Source: Tubulanus polymorphus | Lineage: Eukaryota; Animalia; Nemertea | Direction: 5' to 3' | NCBI RefSeq assembly: GCF_964204645.1 | Contig: NC_134030.1 | Span: 4,444,778-4,508,777, forward strand | DNA length: 64,000 bases | Part shown: positions 49,486-64,000 of the stretch, in pieces | Layout: each line of letters opens with the position of its first letter | Position numbering within the stretch: position 1 is the stretch's first letter | Notes under the pieces: generated by a model | Databases searched by the model: none | The model's input: only the letters and a program-made list of their open reading frames with translations | What the model was told of the DNA's origin: nothing | Position numbers and translations under genes: made by a program

Positions 49486-50919
49486 TTGGTGCTGTAGACA
49501 CCGTGGGTCCTCAAATTATTGCATTCTCTCGAAGGAGCTTCTTGTAGAGTACATTCGGAAGTACGCACCGTTGAAGAATATTTTTCCAGTCCCATTCAAA
49601 GGGCTGATGCATACATGCAAGACTAGGCCTACGCTATTTAGAATTTCAAATTGGTATGTCCCAATACAATAATTGCCCATTCTCTAAGCCATAAAGTTGC
49701 GAATTCATCGATTCTATCCTGGAACTTGACTTGCATTTGCCAGCCTTTAACACAGCGGTAATGTCTTATTATGCTCCTAGATGGGAAAAATGTTTAATAA
49801 TTCATGTGGTCTTTGATGCAACGTCTTTGAGGATGCTAGCGGCCTCTACGTGTACATAATTTCCAAGACAGGTCTCTCGCGATAAAGGTCACTGTGGAAA
49901 CATGACACCTACATATAAAGCCATGTGACTAAACATGTTATCCCTTTGCGCCTCCACCGAGCCGACAATATTTCATAACATCGGTGGTTAAACTAACCAC
50001 GGAAGAGTCTATGCTTAAACCAGGGACACTCCTCGTACTTGGCGGTATCCCTTGTAAAACACCATCAGCCATACACCGAGGGAATCAAACAGATATAAAT
50101 GAGAATCACGTCATGACGGTGATGAAGTTGCCTCGTTAACTAATTGATGAAGCTGTATGCGCTCGTCCCAGGGCTGGTAACACGTAGAGCAGAGAGATGA
50201 GAAACAGAAAAATGACTCGTGCGCGACATGGAAAAAAATCTCAACCCGAAACTACCTTCGATCCTCTACTTAATCTGATAGGCAGTTGATTTACATTACG
50301 TTAATTCCAATCAGTGTTTGAAATAGTTTTTAGATCAAAAAGGTGGATATTGTATTTTCCGAAAATCGACTCATATGAAAGTGTGAATTACTGTAATTCA
50401 TTGTTGATCTAAAGTCTGTTTGATGTTATTCTAAAAGTATTTTTCCTCCTTTGCAAAACATATGTCGACGTTTTCATATAATATTCACATACAGTATATA
50501 TGATTATTCGTTGATTGGAATTGAACATGAATCAGTGATGCTGCTCTAGTCAATCTATCAAATAGGAAGTTGCAAAATTAAGTGTAAAACAGTAAGATTA
50601 AAAACGAGCGAGACAAATAATCTAGATTTAGAATGTAGGACACAGTTGTTTAACGTATAATAGCGTTTTGAGGGTATTGTCAGTAGACTTTATTATCATT
50701 ATTGATCTTACCTTTAAACGCTTCATTAAATCCTATCAAATCAGACATAAATCAAAGTAGATTTTACGAGCCATTTATATTAATCGGTTTCTCTTCGCGC
50801 ACAGCTATCGCGCTGTGTTAGTGCGTGCTTGTTTGTTTGTTTTCTTGTTTTTATTTAGTATTGTATTCGAGTTTCTTATTCAATTTCTAAATCGAACTCG
50901 CCTGATTTTTTATAAAGTC

Positions 50920-51050
50920 GGGCTAAGACAAATCGGGATTTATGATTGGCTAATGATGACATCATCTAAGCTGCGCATGTACCCGCGCACTCGGGCTAGT
51001 GTTCGTGACATGGCGAGTCTCGTTGTCATAGGGTACGAATCCATGCCTTT
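50920..51050 (-). mobile_element. Diverged half-copy of the 30832-31170 element
   Basis: CGGGCTAAGACAAATCGGGATTTATGATTGGCTAA is close to the reverse complement of 30946-30980, followed by CTGCGCATGTACCCGCGCAC and a decayed GGGTACGAATCC box. Confidence 0.7.
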
Positions 51051-54000
51051 GTCAGACTCCATCAGGTGGGAACGGCCATTTTTAGATCCGAATTTAGATT
51101 TAACCCATATATAAGCCACGGTGATTTTGTATCAAATATTGATAAAAGGCTCGGAAACGGGCCAAGTTTCACTCGCTAACTTGGGCTCTTCGTAACATAA
51201 AACAGCATTCATTGAACTTTCACTTTTTGATAAAACGAGAAGATCTCAGTATTCATGCAAGCCATCTTTTTATCTCCTGATTTTTCTCCCGGTGAAATGC
51301 TTATGTTGTTTGACACATAGTCTCGGGGCGTGGATTTACTTCACGGCAATAACGTCGTCTTTTGAATAATTCACAATAATTCTCTCATCGGTGAATTGTT
51401 TAAAAAAGATCAATTCGAACGTTCGTTAAAGGCCATCGGATCGGTGGTTGATGATAAGACGCATAAATTGAAATTAATTGCTCGTTGCGCGCCCCGGAGG
51501 CACTCGGCGGGCAGATAGCGCAAATTCGTCCTGTCAAACCGCAGAAACAGATTTGTCCGCCTTAGCGAGATGCCAATTTTATCTGCGGCAAACGGTCCAG
51601 GGGCTGATTGAGATAGCTTCGCTATAAATTGACAATTTGTAGTAATACCAGTCGCGGAGAAGGCGCTTATTCAATTTTCCTATTACTGTATCTTCGCATG
51701 TGAAGAGGTACCGTTGCCGCATATTGATACCGATGGAAGTATTAGCAAATCGTGTACCTAAGTCGCTGAACGTCGTTCTCTACCGCTGACGACGCCATCA
51801 TAAGTACACGATACGATATCTCGATCGTATGAAAAGTAGTCGCGTAAATCATATCATACGGCATTTTAAATATGATATGAAACAGCATCTTGCATTTGGT
51901 ACATAACTCAACGGCTATCACCGGCTATAGCGAAACATACACAAGAACTTCCAATCAACAACGGAAAATCGTCAGGACAATGTGGCGGTCCTATTGAAAA
52001 TTATTTGACAATTCATATGCAGAACCTTTGGATTTACGGGATATTAGTGAAGTTAAAAGGCCCCCATAAAGATAACGTAACGTTGAAAGCTATGTGGAGT
52101 TATGGACTCGCATGTAGAAATTGCTAAAAATCGTAATTTCAACAGGGTTTTAAATTTTCTGCTGATCAAATGAAAGTGTATGTCCTGTTGCTTGCGGTCG
52201 TAATATTGCAAGTCATTTGACTAGCAGTTGAATTTGGTCAAAAGAGTAAAAACTTAGTGTTACGGGGTGTAATGTCAACTGAAACGCACTCAGCCACTGG
52301 AATTGTAAATAGATCGTACTCGGTTATATCTAAATATCTTATTAAAACACGCAGTTGGTGTCAAACATCAAAAATATTTGCCACTCTTAATAGCCCGGAG
52401 CAGTCGGTCTTAGCTCTTTATTGGACGACAGGTCGATCGAATAATTCTGTTAGAAATTCTAAACGTTACCGAGACTTCGATATGATTAGTATTTATTGTA
52501 AGATACGACGATATATGATCTGACAGATTGTAATAAGAAATAGCAATCGAATTTTAACTAACGTCAATTTCAATTATCATTTTATCTAACGCTCGTGATG
52601 ATTGGCAGTCGTCATTACGACAGCATATCGCGTCAATTAGGGAAATTTATATGCTTTGCTTTTTTCCTTAGCTTTCTTATAGAATAGGGACTGATCTAGA
52701 GACTATCTTCCATGATAGAAATGAATCAAACGTTGCCGTAGTTCTAGTGAAATCATTTCGAATATACGTAATGATGGACGTATAAACTAAAGAATAGATT
52801 TTATAGTTTATACGTTATATGATCTCGTAGAATGATGCGTAACAACACATCATAAACTTTGGCTGATTGGGCTGACGTATTGTCAGCGTGAAACCGCGTG
52901 CGCAAATTCACCTGCACGCAGAGACAATAGCTAATAAAATGTGGATACTGTCTGGTTTTGTTCTCGTTGTCATGGTGTACAACAGCGTCGAGAATTTAAT
53001 TCGATAACTGTCATTTCTGGCGTAAAAAAATCACAAACATTCCTATGTAAAAATGCTCTAGATCCAGGAGTGGATTTATGGGGGCCTAGAAACTGGACAC
53101 TCCTTTATTAAGTCAAGGTCCAGTTTCATTGGTCGGACAGGAAGGTCCGGAGGTCTTCCCTCAGAAAATTCTAAAAAATGAAGCCCACTAGTTGCATTTT
53201 AGAGGCATCGTGATGTTTTGAGACACAATGCGCTGAAACTGTTGGTCTAGATCTTTTTTCATAACACTTTTAGGGGGAACACGTATCCTAGTGCTCCGGG
53301 CCCTTTATCCAAGGCTCTGCATCTCATAGTGCTACATAATTTACAAATAGTATAAGATGATCGTAACGACCAGCTTTGATTTTTGATACTGATTAAATCA
53401 TTCATGGCATCAGCCAAGATTTCGTTTTTCTATCCACGTATCTACAAGTCTTTCATTATGGGTTACTCTTTCCGTAGTTGTAAACGCGTCAGCCATTTCT
53501 TCCAACGACCTTCCAACTTCCTTCAGGTTTTCGGATCATTCTTCGGAAGAGAAAAAAAAAACAATCCTGTAACAACAAATGTCAGACGAACCTCTGTCTA
53601 AGTAGCCCATTTATTTACATTACTCGTGAAGACATTGCTTCTGAGCCAGGCCGGGCAAAGCCACGCATACAAATGACGAATATCCGTTTACCGACAACAG
53701 GAACAAGATCATTTGATCTGATGTCTGATTTTTAAAGCTCGCTCCCCTTTTTTATCATCACATTATTCATACGTTGTTGTGAACGTTTGATAAAACATGC
53801 CGTATATATTAACCACAGTGTCGTATGTACGCGAGTAAATCTTATATATCGTATATATATATCTGCATGGTGCATCATTAGGCCATCAATCGCTTCAGTG
53901 TTTAAGAACCGATATCTCATCTGAAACGAATTTGTCCCCGCCTTGAATAAACTGGCACTAGCAACTACTACACATAATTGATTTGCTGAGCGTGAAGGCG

Positions 54001-54993
54001 CGCGCGTGTGTGTGTGAGGTAGCTGGGGACACCTTCCACACAACCGATCAATGTCTCTTCGTTGATTTCTCCATTTTTTACGAGATCAATCGAGCCAAGC
54101 TGGGTCATTTGTTATTTCTGCGACAGAAAATTGATTGTAAACTCGCTACTCATCATATCAGTACCACGCTACCCCGGGGACTTATTCGAACCAGCTTATT
54201 GAAAGAGAAACCCATCAGTCGATAAGATACGGTTGTGCTCTTGAGACTGAATTACTATTTTGTCCATCTTGGGACACCGCCATAGAAATGTGAGATGCGA
54301 AAATACGATATTATTTATCTGGACCAACACTAAAGTCTTACACATTGATCTATTTTTGGCATTTTTATTTTGAAGATTCATATTTTGATTCAGGTATGCC
54401 GGTAGAGATCACAGGGAAATGTGCGGGAATGTTGTTCCAGGTCGATAAGCACGGAATTATTCCATGATTATTTTCCGTGTGGTTCCCCGGGAGATTTATA
54501 CGGAACCGCGGATGGCGGTGTGGCGGCGGTTCATCACAGACAGACGGCTCGAGAAACTGTCGTCTGCATGCAATGAGAAAGAACACGTTAATTTGGAACA
54601 CGACACTCGGAAACGGTCATTGAACAGCATAAGGAATAACCCTTTAGAACGCTACGGAGAAAATATTCCGCGACACGAACAGTATCCATTGGTTTGAGTT
54701 ATGTAAAAGCTCTTTGTACACTGATACGAGTAATTAAGAGTGAATGGTCACGCGAGGTAAATGGCTTATTTTGTGTCACATCTCTCGCAACGGTAATGTT
54801 ACTACGTTACGGTATAATCGTGTTTTATTTAATGCCTCGATAGCCACCGGGGTGGTTCTCTCTCTCTCAGTGCGTCTAACCGTTCTATAGCTTATCCCCA
54901 TCGCGCTACAGTCGTTACCATGTAAACTTAATCAAAGCTAAGGTGAAAAACGCGCGACACCATCAGACCGCGTACAGCATCCAAGTCTCCAAG

Positions 54994-55122
54994 AACTCGT
55001 TATTGAATTATAGAAAATCGCATTTTTTACTCCCACCGCGCAGGTGAAGATTTGCACCGCCGTGGCCCGGGGGAATTGTTTGTCGCGAAAATGCGATTTT
55101 TATTTTCAATAAGAGTCGAGTT
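54994..55122. repeat. Short inverted repeat (MITE-like)
   Basis: AACTCGTTATTGAATTATAGAAAATCGCATTTT ... AAAATGCGATTTTTATTTTCAATAAGAGTCGAGTT. Confidence 0.55.
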
Positions 55123-57908
55123 GCGTAATTTACCACTTAAAAAACGTCATATTCAATGCGTTTTACGCGGCTAATTTGAGTCGGCTCTCAGTTCTCATAA
55201 ACAGCCTGTTGCGCATGCGTTTACCGGCCACGAATCGTCTTACCATAATTCAATCAAACACGTTTGAAGTCGCTCGAACCCGAGGGCGACACTTTCTTGG
55301 TACGGTGAGCTTGTTCGTCGACGAAAACAGACAACTGAAGGCAACATGGCGATGGTATAACTGCGGCATTACGTATGCAATTTAAAACATATCGAACGTA
55401 AAAAGAAACGTGTCACTGACTCGAAGCGCGTGTTTTCCAGATTTGCCGACGTGATATTGACAGAATATCTAACAACGTTAAAATCTAAACCCTTAAAGTT
55501 TTATCCAAACAGGCAGAAAGTGGATTTTCAATGAATTAAGAATGTCATTGTCAATATTGTTACATCAAATGCAATCAAATGTGCTGCCGAAGTGTTTCAG
55601 TTTTTAGAGCACATTTTCATTCAGTTTCGTAATTTGTGTTTGCGTCCGCAGCAATGGCGTATGTGGCTTATGTATCTCACAAACAGACAGCCCCTACTCT
55701 TCCCATATAAAGGGGATAATAATTGTAGCATGCCTCTTATTAATTTCCTTCACAAGGAAATGAAAACCGCACAATTTGATTATATCAATTGTTGCCCGTC
55801 TGCGATCAAACGGGTTTATCATCAAACACTTAGAGGAAATTCTGCTCGCTTTATGGTACGCACGAGGCTAATTAAGAGCGTTGCTTTGTGAATTCGAAGT
55901 AATAAAATGCTGAAAATGTATCGGGCCTAGGAAACATTAATGCCAATAGACATTACCCAGTTTTCATCGCCGAATCACGTAACGACCTAACTTCAAAGAT
56001 GGTATTTCGGTACGAGATTATCTTACGCTATATCAACGATGTACGTCTCTCTTTTGATGGAACCTGCACAAATATGACAATGGTGTATTCCTACGCGTGG
56101 GAGAAGATGCGCTTCAAGATATTTTTTTTCTTTCGAGTCTGCATCAACCTGTCGTGTGTGGAAGCAGCGAACGGGAAAATCTAAATCTTGGGCGCGCTTT
56201 TCAAATTAGCTCCTTTGATTCTCTCTCTCTTTCGATGCGAAATCCGTTCATCTCCTAGTGACCTTTATCTGCGCATGTTCGAATCTTTTCCGGAAGTGCA
56301 CCAACCGTTACTTAAAACAATGAGCAGTAACTTATTTACTGAAATACCATGAAAAAGTACAGCTCAATTTTTGGTGTAACTGCTATTGATTTTTTTCGCG
56401 TTTTCAATTAGGAGAAAAATCATTCAAACTTAAACCGCTTAAATCTTTAGCGTGTTCGTCAAACAAGACCAAGGTACATAAATTCTGAATAGAATTATGT
56501 TATATAACGTTACCCAATTTGATTTATTTGCCCATTTCGCATCGATGTCTAATTCTATTCTCTAAGCCTCTTGTGTTTGAACAGCGCCCGTTTACGGCAA
56601 AACCTTCGAGATATTATTCCGTACGACCTTGGCCTTTCGAAGGTGATTTCCTACGGTAGTGCATCCGTTTCAACCCATTGCGGGATGATACGTATCCAGT
56701 AAAAATGACACACGTTTTGTAGTAGGGTGTATGTTTTAAGGCTTTTATCAGATTAGCCTTAAGATAGAATTAGAACGCGGATTATAAGTTATGAACGTAC
56801 ACATTTCTGAAGAAAGAATACGACAGCCATCTATACATTTCCGCTGGTTTAGATTATACCGGAACATCTCGGCACGTACTAAACGATTTTTGCCGCGTTC
56901 AACGCATTTCTGGTGCCTCTATGTTGTAACCGACAAAATGAGATGATTGGACGGTTTAGGTCTTCCGACATCACGCCCGCTATCGCAAGAGTAATTAGCT
57001 AGTAAGGCAGGCCAATTTGCGGCATCACTGATTTACGCTTCGGGGTGAATCCGTATGCGCTGGTCGATTACGGCTGTATACCTCGACGGAAATACAACGT
57101 GTTTGCTAATAAGACAAGGCTATATGCGTATAGAAATCAGGCGATTTTACTCTAAATTACTCTTTTTACGGCCCGTGTTCCTATGAACTACGTCCAATCA
57201 TATTCGCATCAAATACTGAAACGGTTTCTGAACATCGTTGCGTCACATGCTCTTACGCATGTACACATATCTATTTAAGACTGGTATAATAATCTTTGTT
57301 TGTGCCTCAAGGTAGATTGTGCAATATTATTGGTATTCGTTTGATATTTGAGTTCAAGACACAATTGAAATTGTTACGTATGTTACCGGGGGTATTCGAG
57401 AAATGTCGATGAACACACGGCGGACACAATGACGTTGATGCACGCTGTATAGATGTCGTGAGAATCTCCAGAAATCTATCCATCTGTCGTCTGTCTGTCT
57501 GCCTGTCTGTCTGTTTATCCTGTCAACCTTGTAAGAGCAGATACGGTCGGATCGGCTCGCCAATTCCCCGTCCTCACAAAACACAGAATTGATGTGATTC
57601 CGCTCGAAATTAGTATTCATCGGGCGTACGAACACATAATGTCACCTTCCGTTCTTGGCGGTTTGATAGCTACTCATTAAGACTTCCCTATCAACTCTGT
57701 ACATGACGTAGTGTATATAGAATGATGTAGGCACACGTCATTACGTTCGAACATATTGAGGTCCTAATTCACCTAAACTTAGTTCGATCAATTTGTCTGG
57801 AATAGACAAGAAATATACACCGCCGGTGATGAAGGCTGATGGGGGCGTATTCCCATAAGGTGATGACTGAAGCTAGAGGACTTATTCCCCGACCAGTGGA
57901 CGGACACG

Positions 57909-57912
<4 letters not shown>

Positions 57913-57971
<59 letters not shown>
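57913..57971. repeat. (TC)n microsatellite, ~29 units
   Basis: Pure TC run. Confidence 0.97.
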
Positions 57972-57972
<1 letters not shown>

Positions 57973-60900
57973 AGATTGACGAATGATATTGAGTCCACTA
58001 GTTCCGTCACATCTGTCAGTCTTGTAGAGATTATCGTCACCTTTAGGTATTTAGACATTTTTACCCCTAACAACCAAGTAGTTTCATCAATTTTCCAAAC
58101 TGAAGTCAGGACGTTAGACGCGCCAGTATTTCAATGACAGATTTTTAGGCAAACGTGACTAATCTATAATTGATATCCGTTACTGATAAATCAAGTTATT
58201 GATTCGAGTGGTTACATATGTTCAAAATCTATCTATCTCTCTCTCTCTCTCTGCCGGGTAACTGGTCTGCCACGTTTTGTTTATACACGTGTTGTTCATC
58301 TTCGTAAATCTCTAGATTAACCTACGAAAATTATGCAGGTCACCTGATCGACATTTCTTTTTCTCAAGAATGAATTTTCTTTGACTCGAAGAGGGCAAAA
58401 ACCTGTATGCACGTATTGAACTCAATATATATGATGATATTACTATACGTTATACGCTTAACTGGTGTGATTTGTCGTTGCTGATATCAATACGATCTGG
58501 TAGTTTTTTTTTCTGTACGTTTGTGATAAATTATGGACACTATCCAAGCCAAACGGCCGTGGTTATGTGGTTATGTATTTCTTTGCTTCATGTGTTTATT
58601 GAACTTCTTAATCAAAAACCTTTTCCAGTTGTCATCTGGTTCGGTGTGCATACGGAATATTGAAAACAGTAAATCATAGGGGGACTGATAATCGTCGGTC
58701 TAAACCCGACGTCTAGCTAATGATCAACACTGCGTGTTTGAACCGAATCCACGGATTTGCCGTGCCACCGACCGCCGGTGGCTGACTCGTCACATCGTTG
58801 CAATCGCCACGTTTGTGGCTTGATGGATCCGCGGATTAGCGTTTTACGAATCGGCGTTTCGGCTATCGATTCACGCGCTAGATGTGACAGGGAAAATCCC
58901 GTCACGAATCCGCGGTGAATTATCGAGATTTGATATCACCGTCCGCGCTAGACGTTAAACCCAGTCACCAAGCTTCACTTTCCAATCCACATCTTTAAAC
59001 TATATACATCTATCTATCTATCTGTCTTTCTTTCGCTGAAAATCGTAAATGATTAATTTTTTTATTGAATCAAAATACGCATTTCGACGGAGACTTTTCT
59101 GGAAAACATTCGAAATCTGAAATACCGTAAAAATACGTCGTAATCTACGTAGGTTGATTGATTAATGACGAAGTACTTTTCCGCGATTTGACGACGACGT
59201 ATTCAAATCAAGTAGAGTCTAATCTATGTGACCTCTTTCCGTAACATTCATTACGTACATCATCACGACATCATCTCGACTACTCATAAACGAAGAGAAT
59301 AATTGTGAAAATAGAATTCACGCAAAAGCGACTATTTCGTGATAAACGTTGATTATGCATAGGGCCTATGACCCAGTGAATTATAAATGTAAAGCGACCA
59401 ATATGCCACAAGCTCCCGCAGATGATCGGCGAGGCTTATACCAAGCCATTATTGCGCGGAGAATTAAGACCCACTTCTCCCGCGACTGTCTCACACATTC
59501 TACCGGTGCATGCTGTGTAATCGGATTGTTACCCCGTGGAGGGTACCGGAATAAGATACTCACCGATAAGATGACTTAGTATATGACTGATGCGAGCAAT
59601 AATTTTTTTTATCAACTTCGCGAAAGGCCTTGGCTTCGGTGCCTGATTATTTCCGGTTTGATTTATATTCTTGGTTTGACTACATAAAATACCACAAGAC
59701 ACGTTTCACTAGTGAACCGGTTCCGACCCGAGAATACAACCCTCTCAATCAACAACAAAAATCTGTAGACGATTGTGACGTTTCAGCTCAAATCCTAATG
59801 AGGCTTTTTCTAGATAGTAGCTTGTCTATGAAACCCAACTGAGCCACCTCGTTCTTAAAAAAGCGGTTAATCGGTGCCAAATCACACTTTGAGAGATAGC
59901 TGTATATTAGACCGTTCAAGATGTTGTTATCTAGCTACATCAAGTGATCATCGAGTCGCACGAATGATATCAATTCTCCGTCGGAAACATGCAACTTTTC
60001 CCATCGGATCGCATTTAAAATTCACGACGAACGCGCGTGATTTTATTTATTTGCGCATCTCGAATTGAATAAGATCTCCAGAAAGGCATTTGACTATTTG
60101 CCGGATAATGCCGGCTGGGGATACGGGCATCTGTCAACGAGGATGGCTCCGTTTAGCCGACAAGACTCAATTTTCTCACGTCGTTCTCGCGGGGCTCGTG
60201 AACTTTGTCGACGTTTCGTGCAATCGTTGGGTAATGAATCCTCGTCTACAGAATAACAGTTGCTTATCCGTCACCGGGTTGCGATAGCTTATAAGCTATT
60301 GTATGTCTAGAGGAAATTTTGTAAAACACAATAGATTTTGCAGAAATACACAGAATTTTGTAACAATTTACTTGTAAAACTGTACAGGGTACCCCGGATT
60401 GGAGGGTGGACGAAGTATTTGATAACGTCAGCCTGAGGACAGTAATGAAGTTTGTGTCGAGGTCCCCATTGTCGCGGTGATTTTCGAAACAAAAGTTTTG
60501 ATTGGACATTAATTAGCTCTAGAGTCCCTTGCTTAAAACATAATTTATACTCTATATTTCATTCTAAAGAAGATGAGCTGTAGATATCGGCTGGTCTTTG
60601 CAGCGATTGAGAGCATTCGGAGATGACTGACTGCAATGCCTAATCAACTGATGCGTTCGAGCTAATTTCATCGACGCCTTTCATATGTCAAATCAATTGA
60701 GTAAACATTCACAACAAATGAAGAAAACTTCTGAAAATATAAATCTGTAGTTCTATCTTTCCCGCGTCGTGGTGAAGCCATGTGAGCGTGTCGAAATGCG
60801 AAAAAAACCTTATCAACTCGACTATACGTAACTACGTAATCTCTCGTTGCAAAAACGACCATGTAAATCGAGCTGTATTTGCCAATTCGAGTTACGGGCT

Positions 60901-61409
60901 TTCTTTACGACCTATTCGCATGATTACCTACGATTAAGTCAAGTGTACTCACGATTGAAATACGCCGCACCGATACACCGTGATTTCTGTACGGGTTTTG
61001 ATTAAGACGCATGCGGGATTCTGATACGGCGCATTCTAAATGCGACGGAGACTGAGGATGACGACTTCGGATACTGAATAATTTAAAACTATTATCTATC
61101 ACCGATTTCAGATATGAGGAATCCGTTGACGAGCTATGAATCCGAGATTTCTTTAAAATATCCGGACTTGCATTTTTACTTCTGAAATGCCACTAATGAC
61201 TTCACTTCGTTAGACTACTTCGTATTTGCATATGAGCCTAATTAATGTCGAATCTCAGGTCAATACCTCGTCGATGACTACTCAGCACTGATTGCTAACA
61301 ATCGAATGGCCACAAATTCTCATTAGATGTATCTCGATGTCTAATCTAATTGATTGTCATCCTCTCTTAGTACGAACGCATATGTTCCGCGTATAACAGC
61401 AGTTGTCGT

Positions 61410-61638
61410 GGCCAACTTCGGTTTTCGTAGCTAGTCGGCTATAGTGGTCGGAACTAATAACCGAACGTACTATAGTTCGGTCGTAACGTATATCACAGTG
61501 TCGGCCATCTTGGACATGGGCCCGAACTACAGCGACCGTGCGTGGTCGACCATTTTCGGACCATAGTTCCGACTAACGGACATTCGGTTTCGTTCAGTTC
61601 GACTATAGTCGACTAACTCCGATAACCGAAGTACGCCC
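61410..61638. mobile_element. MITE with internal CCGAACTATAG-like subrepeats
   Basis: GGCCAACTTCGGTTTTCGTAGCTAGTCGGCTATAGT ... ACTATAGTCGACTAACTCCGATAACCGAAGTACGCC form imperfect TIRs. Confidence 0.7.
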
Positions 61639-64000
61639 AAGGTGTTTGGAGTCTGAATGAAAATATTCACGCGTTAATTCCTGTACAGCGATTACATCAG
61701 AATTTATAGGTATTAGTCTAGTGCTCTGCCTCGTCCGACTTGTTAATTTGAAAAGTTACCGCAAACTATACTAATTCCCGCGCTAACTTTATTATTCATC
61801 GACCGATCATGGACGTTACTGAAGTGGTAATTGACAAATGCGAACCGGGAAATGAAAACAATACTCTCGTTGCGTTCGTCCAGATTGGTTTGATAATGAT
61901 TTAGTAGACGGGATGATTTCGCCAGCGTCCAGTGGAGTAATTGTCTGGTGTCTGCCGACGCTTACGCATTTGGTTACACACGCGCGGCGCGGCGGTGTCG
62001 ACGAAAACGGGCGATTTTTTTCATAAACGAGAACAGCGCCGTGAAAAATGACCGCTGTTATTTCAGCGTTTTGCGCCGGCAAATACAACTGTCATTCTCT
62101 TCGTAGCTGACGGGAAATGGGTTTCTGCCGGCCGCACAATGTCAATAATTGGATTGTTTTCCTACACTGGGTGCCTAGCGTATAGACTTGCAAATGAGCG
62201 TTTCACCAAAATCTATCACCTGGTAGCTCATAGCACGCCATATAGTAATCCATAAACGCTACAAGACGATCGCCGCCTTGAAAGCGCTCGTTGTCCGCGA
62301 TGGCTTCATTTGCATAATGAATAGTGCTTCAGACCAGACATTATTTTCGCCGATTAGCCATTCCATCGACTGTCGAAACGTTATCCCGCGTGCGATTTGC
62401 AAAAGATTTACACGATTTGCGTGCGAACTGTAATTAACTGTTTGCCTTCGCTGCCCACTGACACCCTCGGGGAACAGAGAATCGGAATCTGCAGGATAGG
62501 ATACGGAGCTTGTCGTTTACCTCTGTTCAACAAACAGCAGTCAAAGTTCTTATCATCTTACCCCGTTATTATTTGCCTTGCTTGACAAAGGTTTTCCACG
62601 ATGCGGTCTCACACGAACGTCATTCCTATTTTTTCTATATCTTACCCGAAGAAATAGACCAGTTATATTTCGGCCATCAGATTATTTCTATTTGAGATAT
62701 TACTTTAGACAATCAATACAATGAGTATAGAGTTATGAATTGTCATATATTATGACGTTCTAATGAGTATTTAAGAGAGTGTAAAAAACGATGATTCTAA
62801 TATAGCTGCAAACTGACGCTAACAATGATTTATTATCCACGAAAGACATCGAGCAGAATTTGGAAAGAAAAAAATCGAATTCAAGCCTAGGGAACAAAAA
62901 TTACGGATTATAGCAGAAATATCTTATTACAGGAGAAAATAATGCTTTTATCGTTTTCTCTTTCTGCCGATGTTGATAATGGAATACGCGCACGTCGTTC
63001 GACATGCTCGCACGACTGAATGAGCTCAATCCATTTCAAGATTCAATTCTTAGGTGAGTTAGCCGAATTTCCTTTTTAAAACTTCAACTCTGGAGCTCGC
63101 AACAGTGGAACCGCGTGTCGTTGTGTAAACTTCACTGAACTGTGTAGTGTATACACGCGCGTCGTTTCGCTAAAAATGCTGAACCGAACGAATTGATGAC
63201 CAATCCAATCACTAATCCCTGGCGTCGTGTATATCGAGCGATGGGTAATTGCGTAAGCTGTTTTGATGTCCGGGACACTTGGTTCGTGTGTTAGCACGTA
63301 TCCTATTCGCCTGCGTTTTACCGATAGCATTTTACCGCTCTGTGTAGGCATTTCTGACAGAATATATGTATCAACGATGAACGTCGACAATAATTGAACT
63401 TCAACTCCATTGATCTTGACTAACTGATTCATATTGATCGGGTACCTCGATCCATCATCAATTGAGTCTATAATAGACAGACAATTAATGTAGCAATATA
63501 GCCGGAGCATGTATAATTATTCGGCGTGCTCGTCGCGAGAACACATGCTATTACTGAGGTAAACAGTAACACAGGCCACTGCCACTTGATGTCGTTATAA
63601 AGGAGTCAATAGTCGGTCATTACCACCTTATACACCGTTGAGATAGTACCGAGCGAGTTCATATATGGTATATCATATTCCAGAGTGGATAATCTTAGGT
63701 AGAATATATACCATTACACCCAGTAATTCGTATTACAGCAAGTCTCGCCTTCGATTGTCTCGGACAAAAACGAAATCGTTTGTCTGACCTCTCAACGTTT
63801 CCGAACTGGGACGGATTACCTCGGACCAATTTTGCCAGTCCCAGTTTGTACAGTTTTGAGTTGGGTTAGGTGTACTGAAGTATATCGCGCGATGACGATT
63901 TTGCTTTTTCGCATGTCGTAAGGCTTTGTAATTCAAGGCTTACGAGATACTTCATCATTATTTTCGTCCCACGCATGTCCGGTTATTTTGACGAAGTTGG

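Noticed and set aside
57882-58073. ORF with a poly-(ER) tract resembling a single alpha helix
   Set aside because: Translation of the (TC)n microsatellite.
63076-63510. 144-aa minus-strand ORF
   Set aside because: No recognisable domain, repeat or exon context; length alone is not sufficient.

Overview
Eukaryotic (intron-containing, invertebrate-like, AT-rich) genomic DNA; the species cannot be determined from the sequence. (1) 1-6334: two spliced housekeeping genes head-to-head with only 110 bp between their ATGs. One is an Ldh_2-family (YjmC/AllD-like) oxidoreductase on the minus strand (9 exons seen, runs off the window); the other is a complete 6-exon BUD13 on the plus strand. Most of their larger introns carry small inverted-repeat elements (MITEs). 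(2) ~7.8-27.7 kb: a tandem array of an orphan gene encoding a small secreted Ala/Lys/Glu-rich helical-repeat protein. It has a signal peptide, 11/18/14-residue repeats, an Ile-rich coiled-coil tail and an acidic C-terminal Gly-Ser-Gly motif. Two intact copies lie in a near-identical ~8.2 kb tandem duplication, flanked by two decayed paralogues. This is the best candidate for an undescribed system. (3) ~28-64 kb: no recognisable protein-coding exons. It holds MITEs (one with a 9-bp TSD and tRNA-like boxes in its arms), microsatellites, a few possible decayed coding relics and a candidate non-coding first exon. All alignments and translations were done by eye; no database searches were run.
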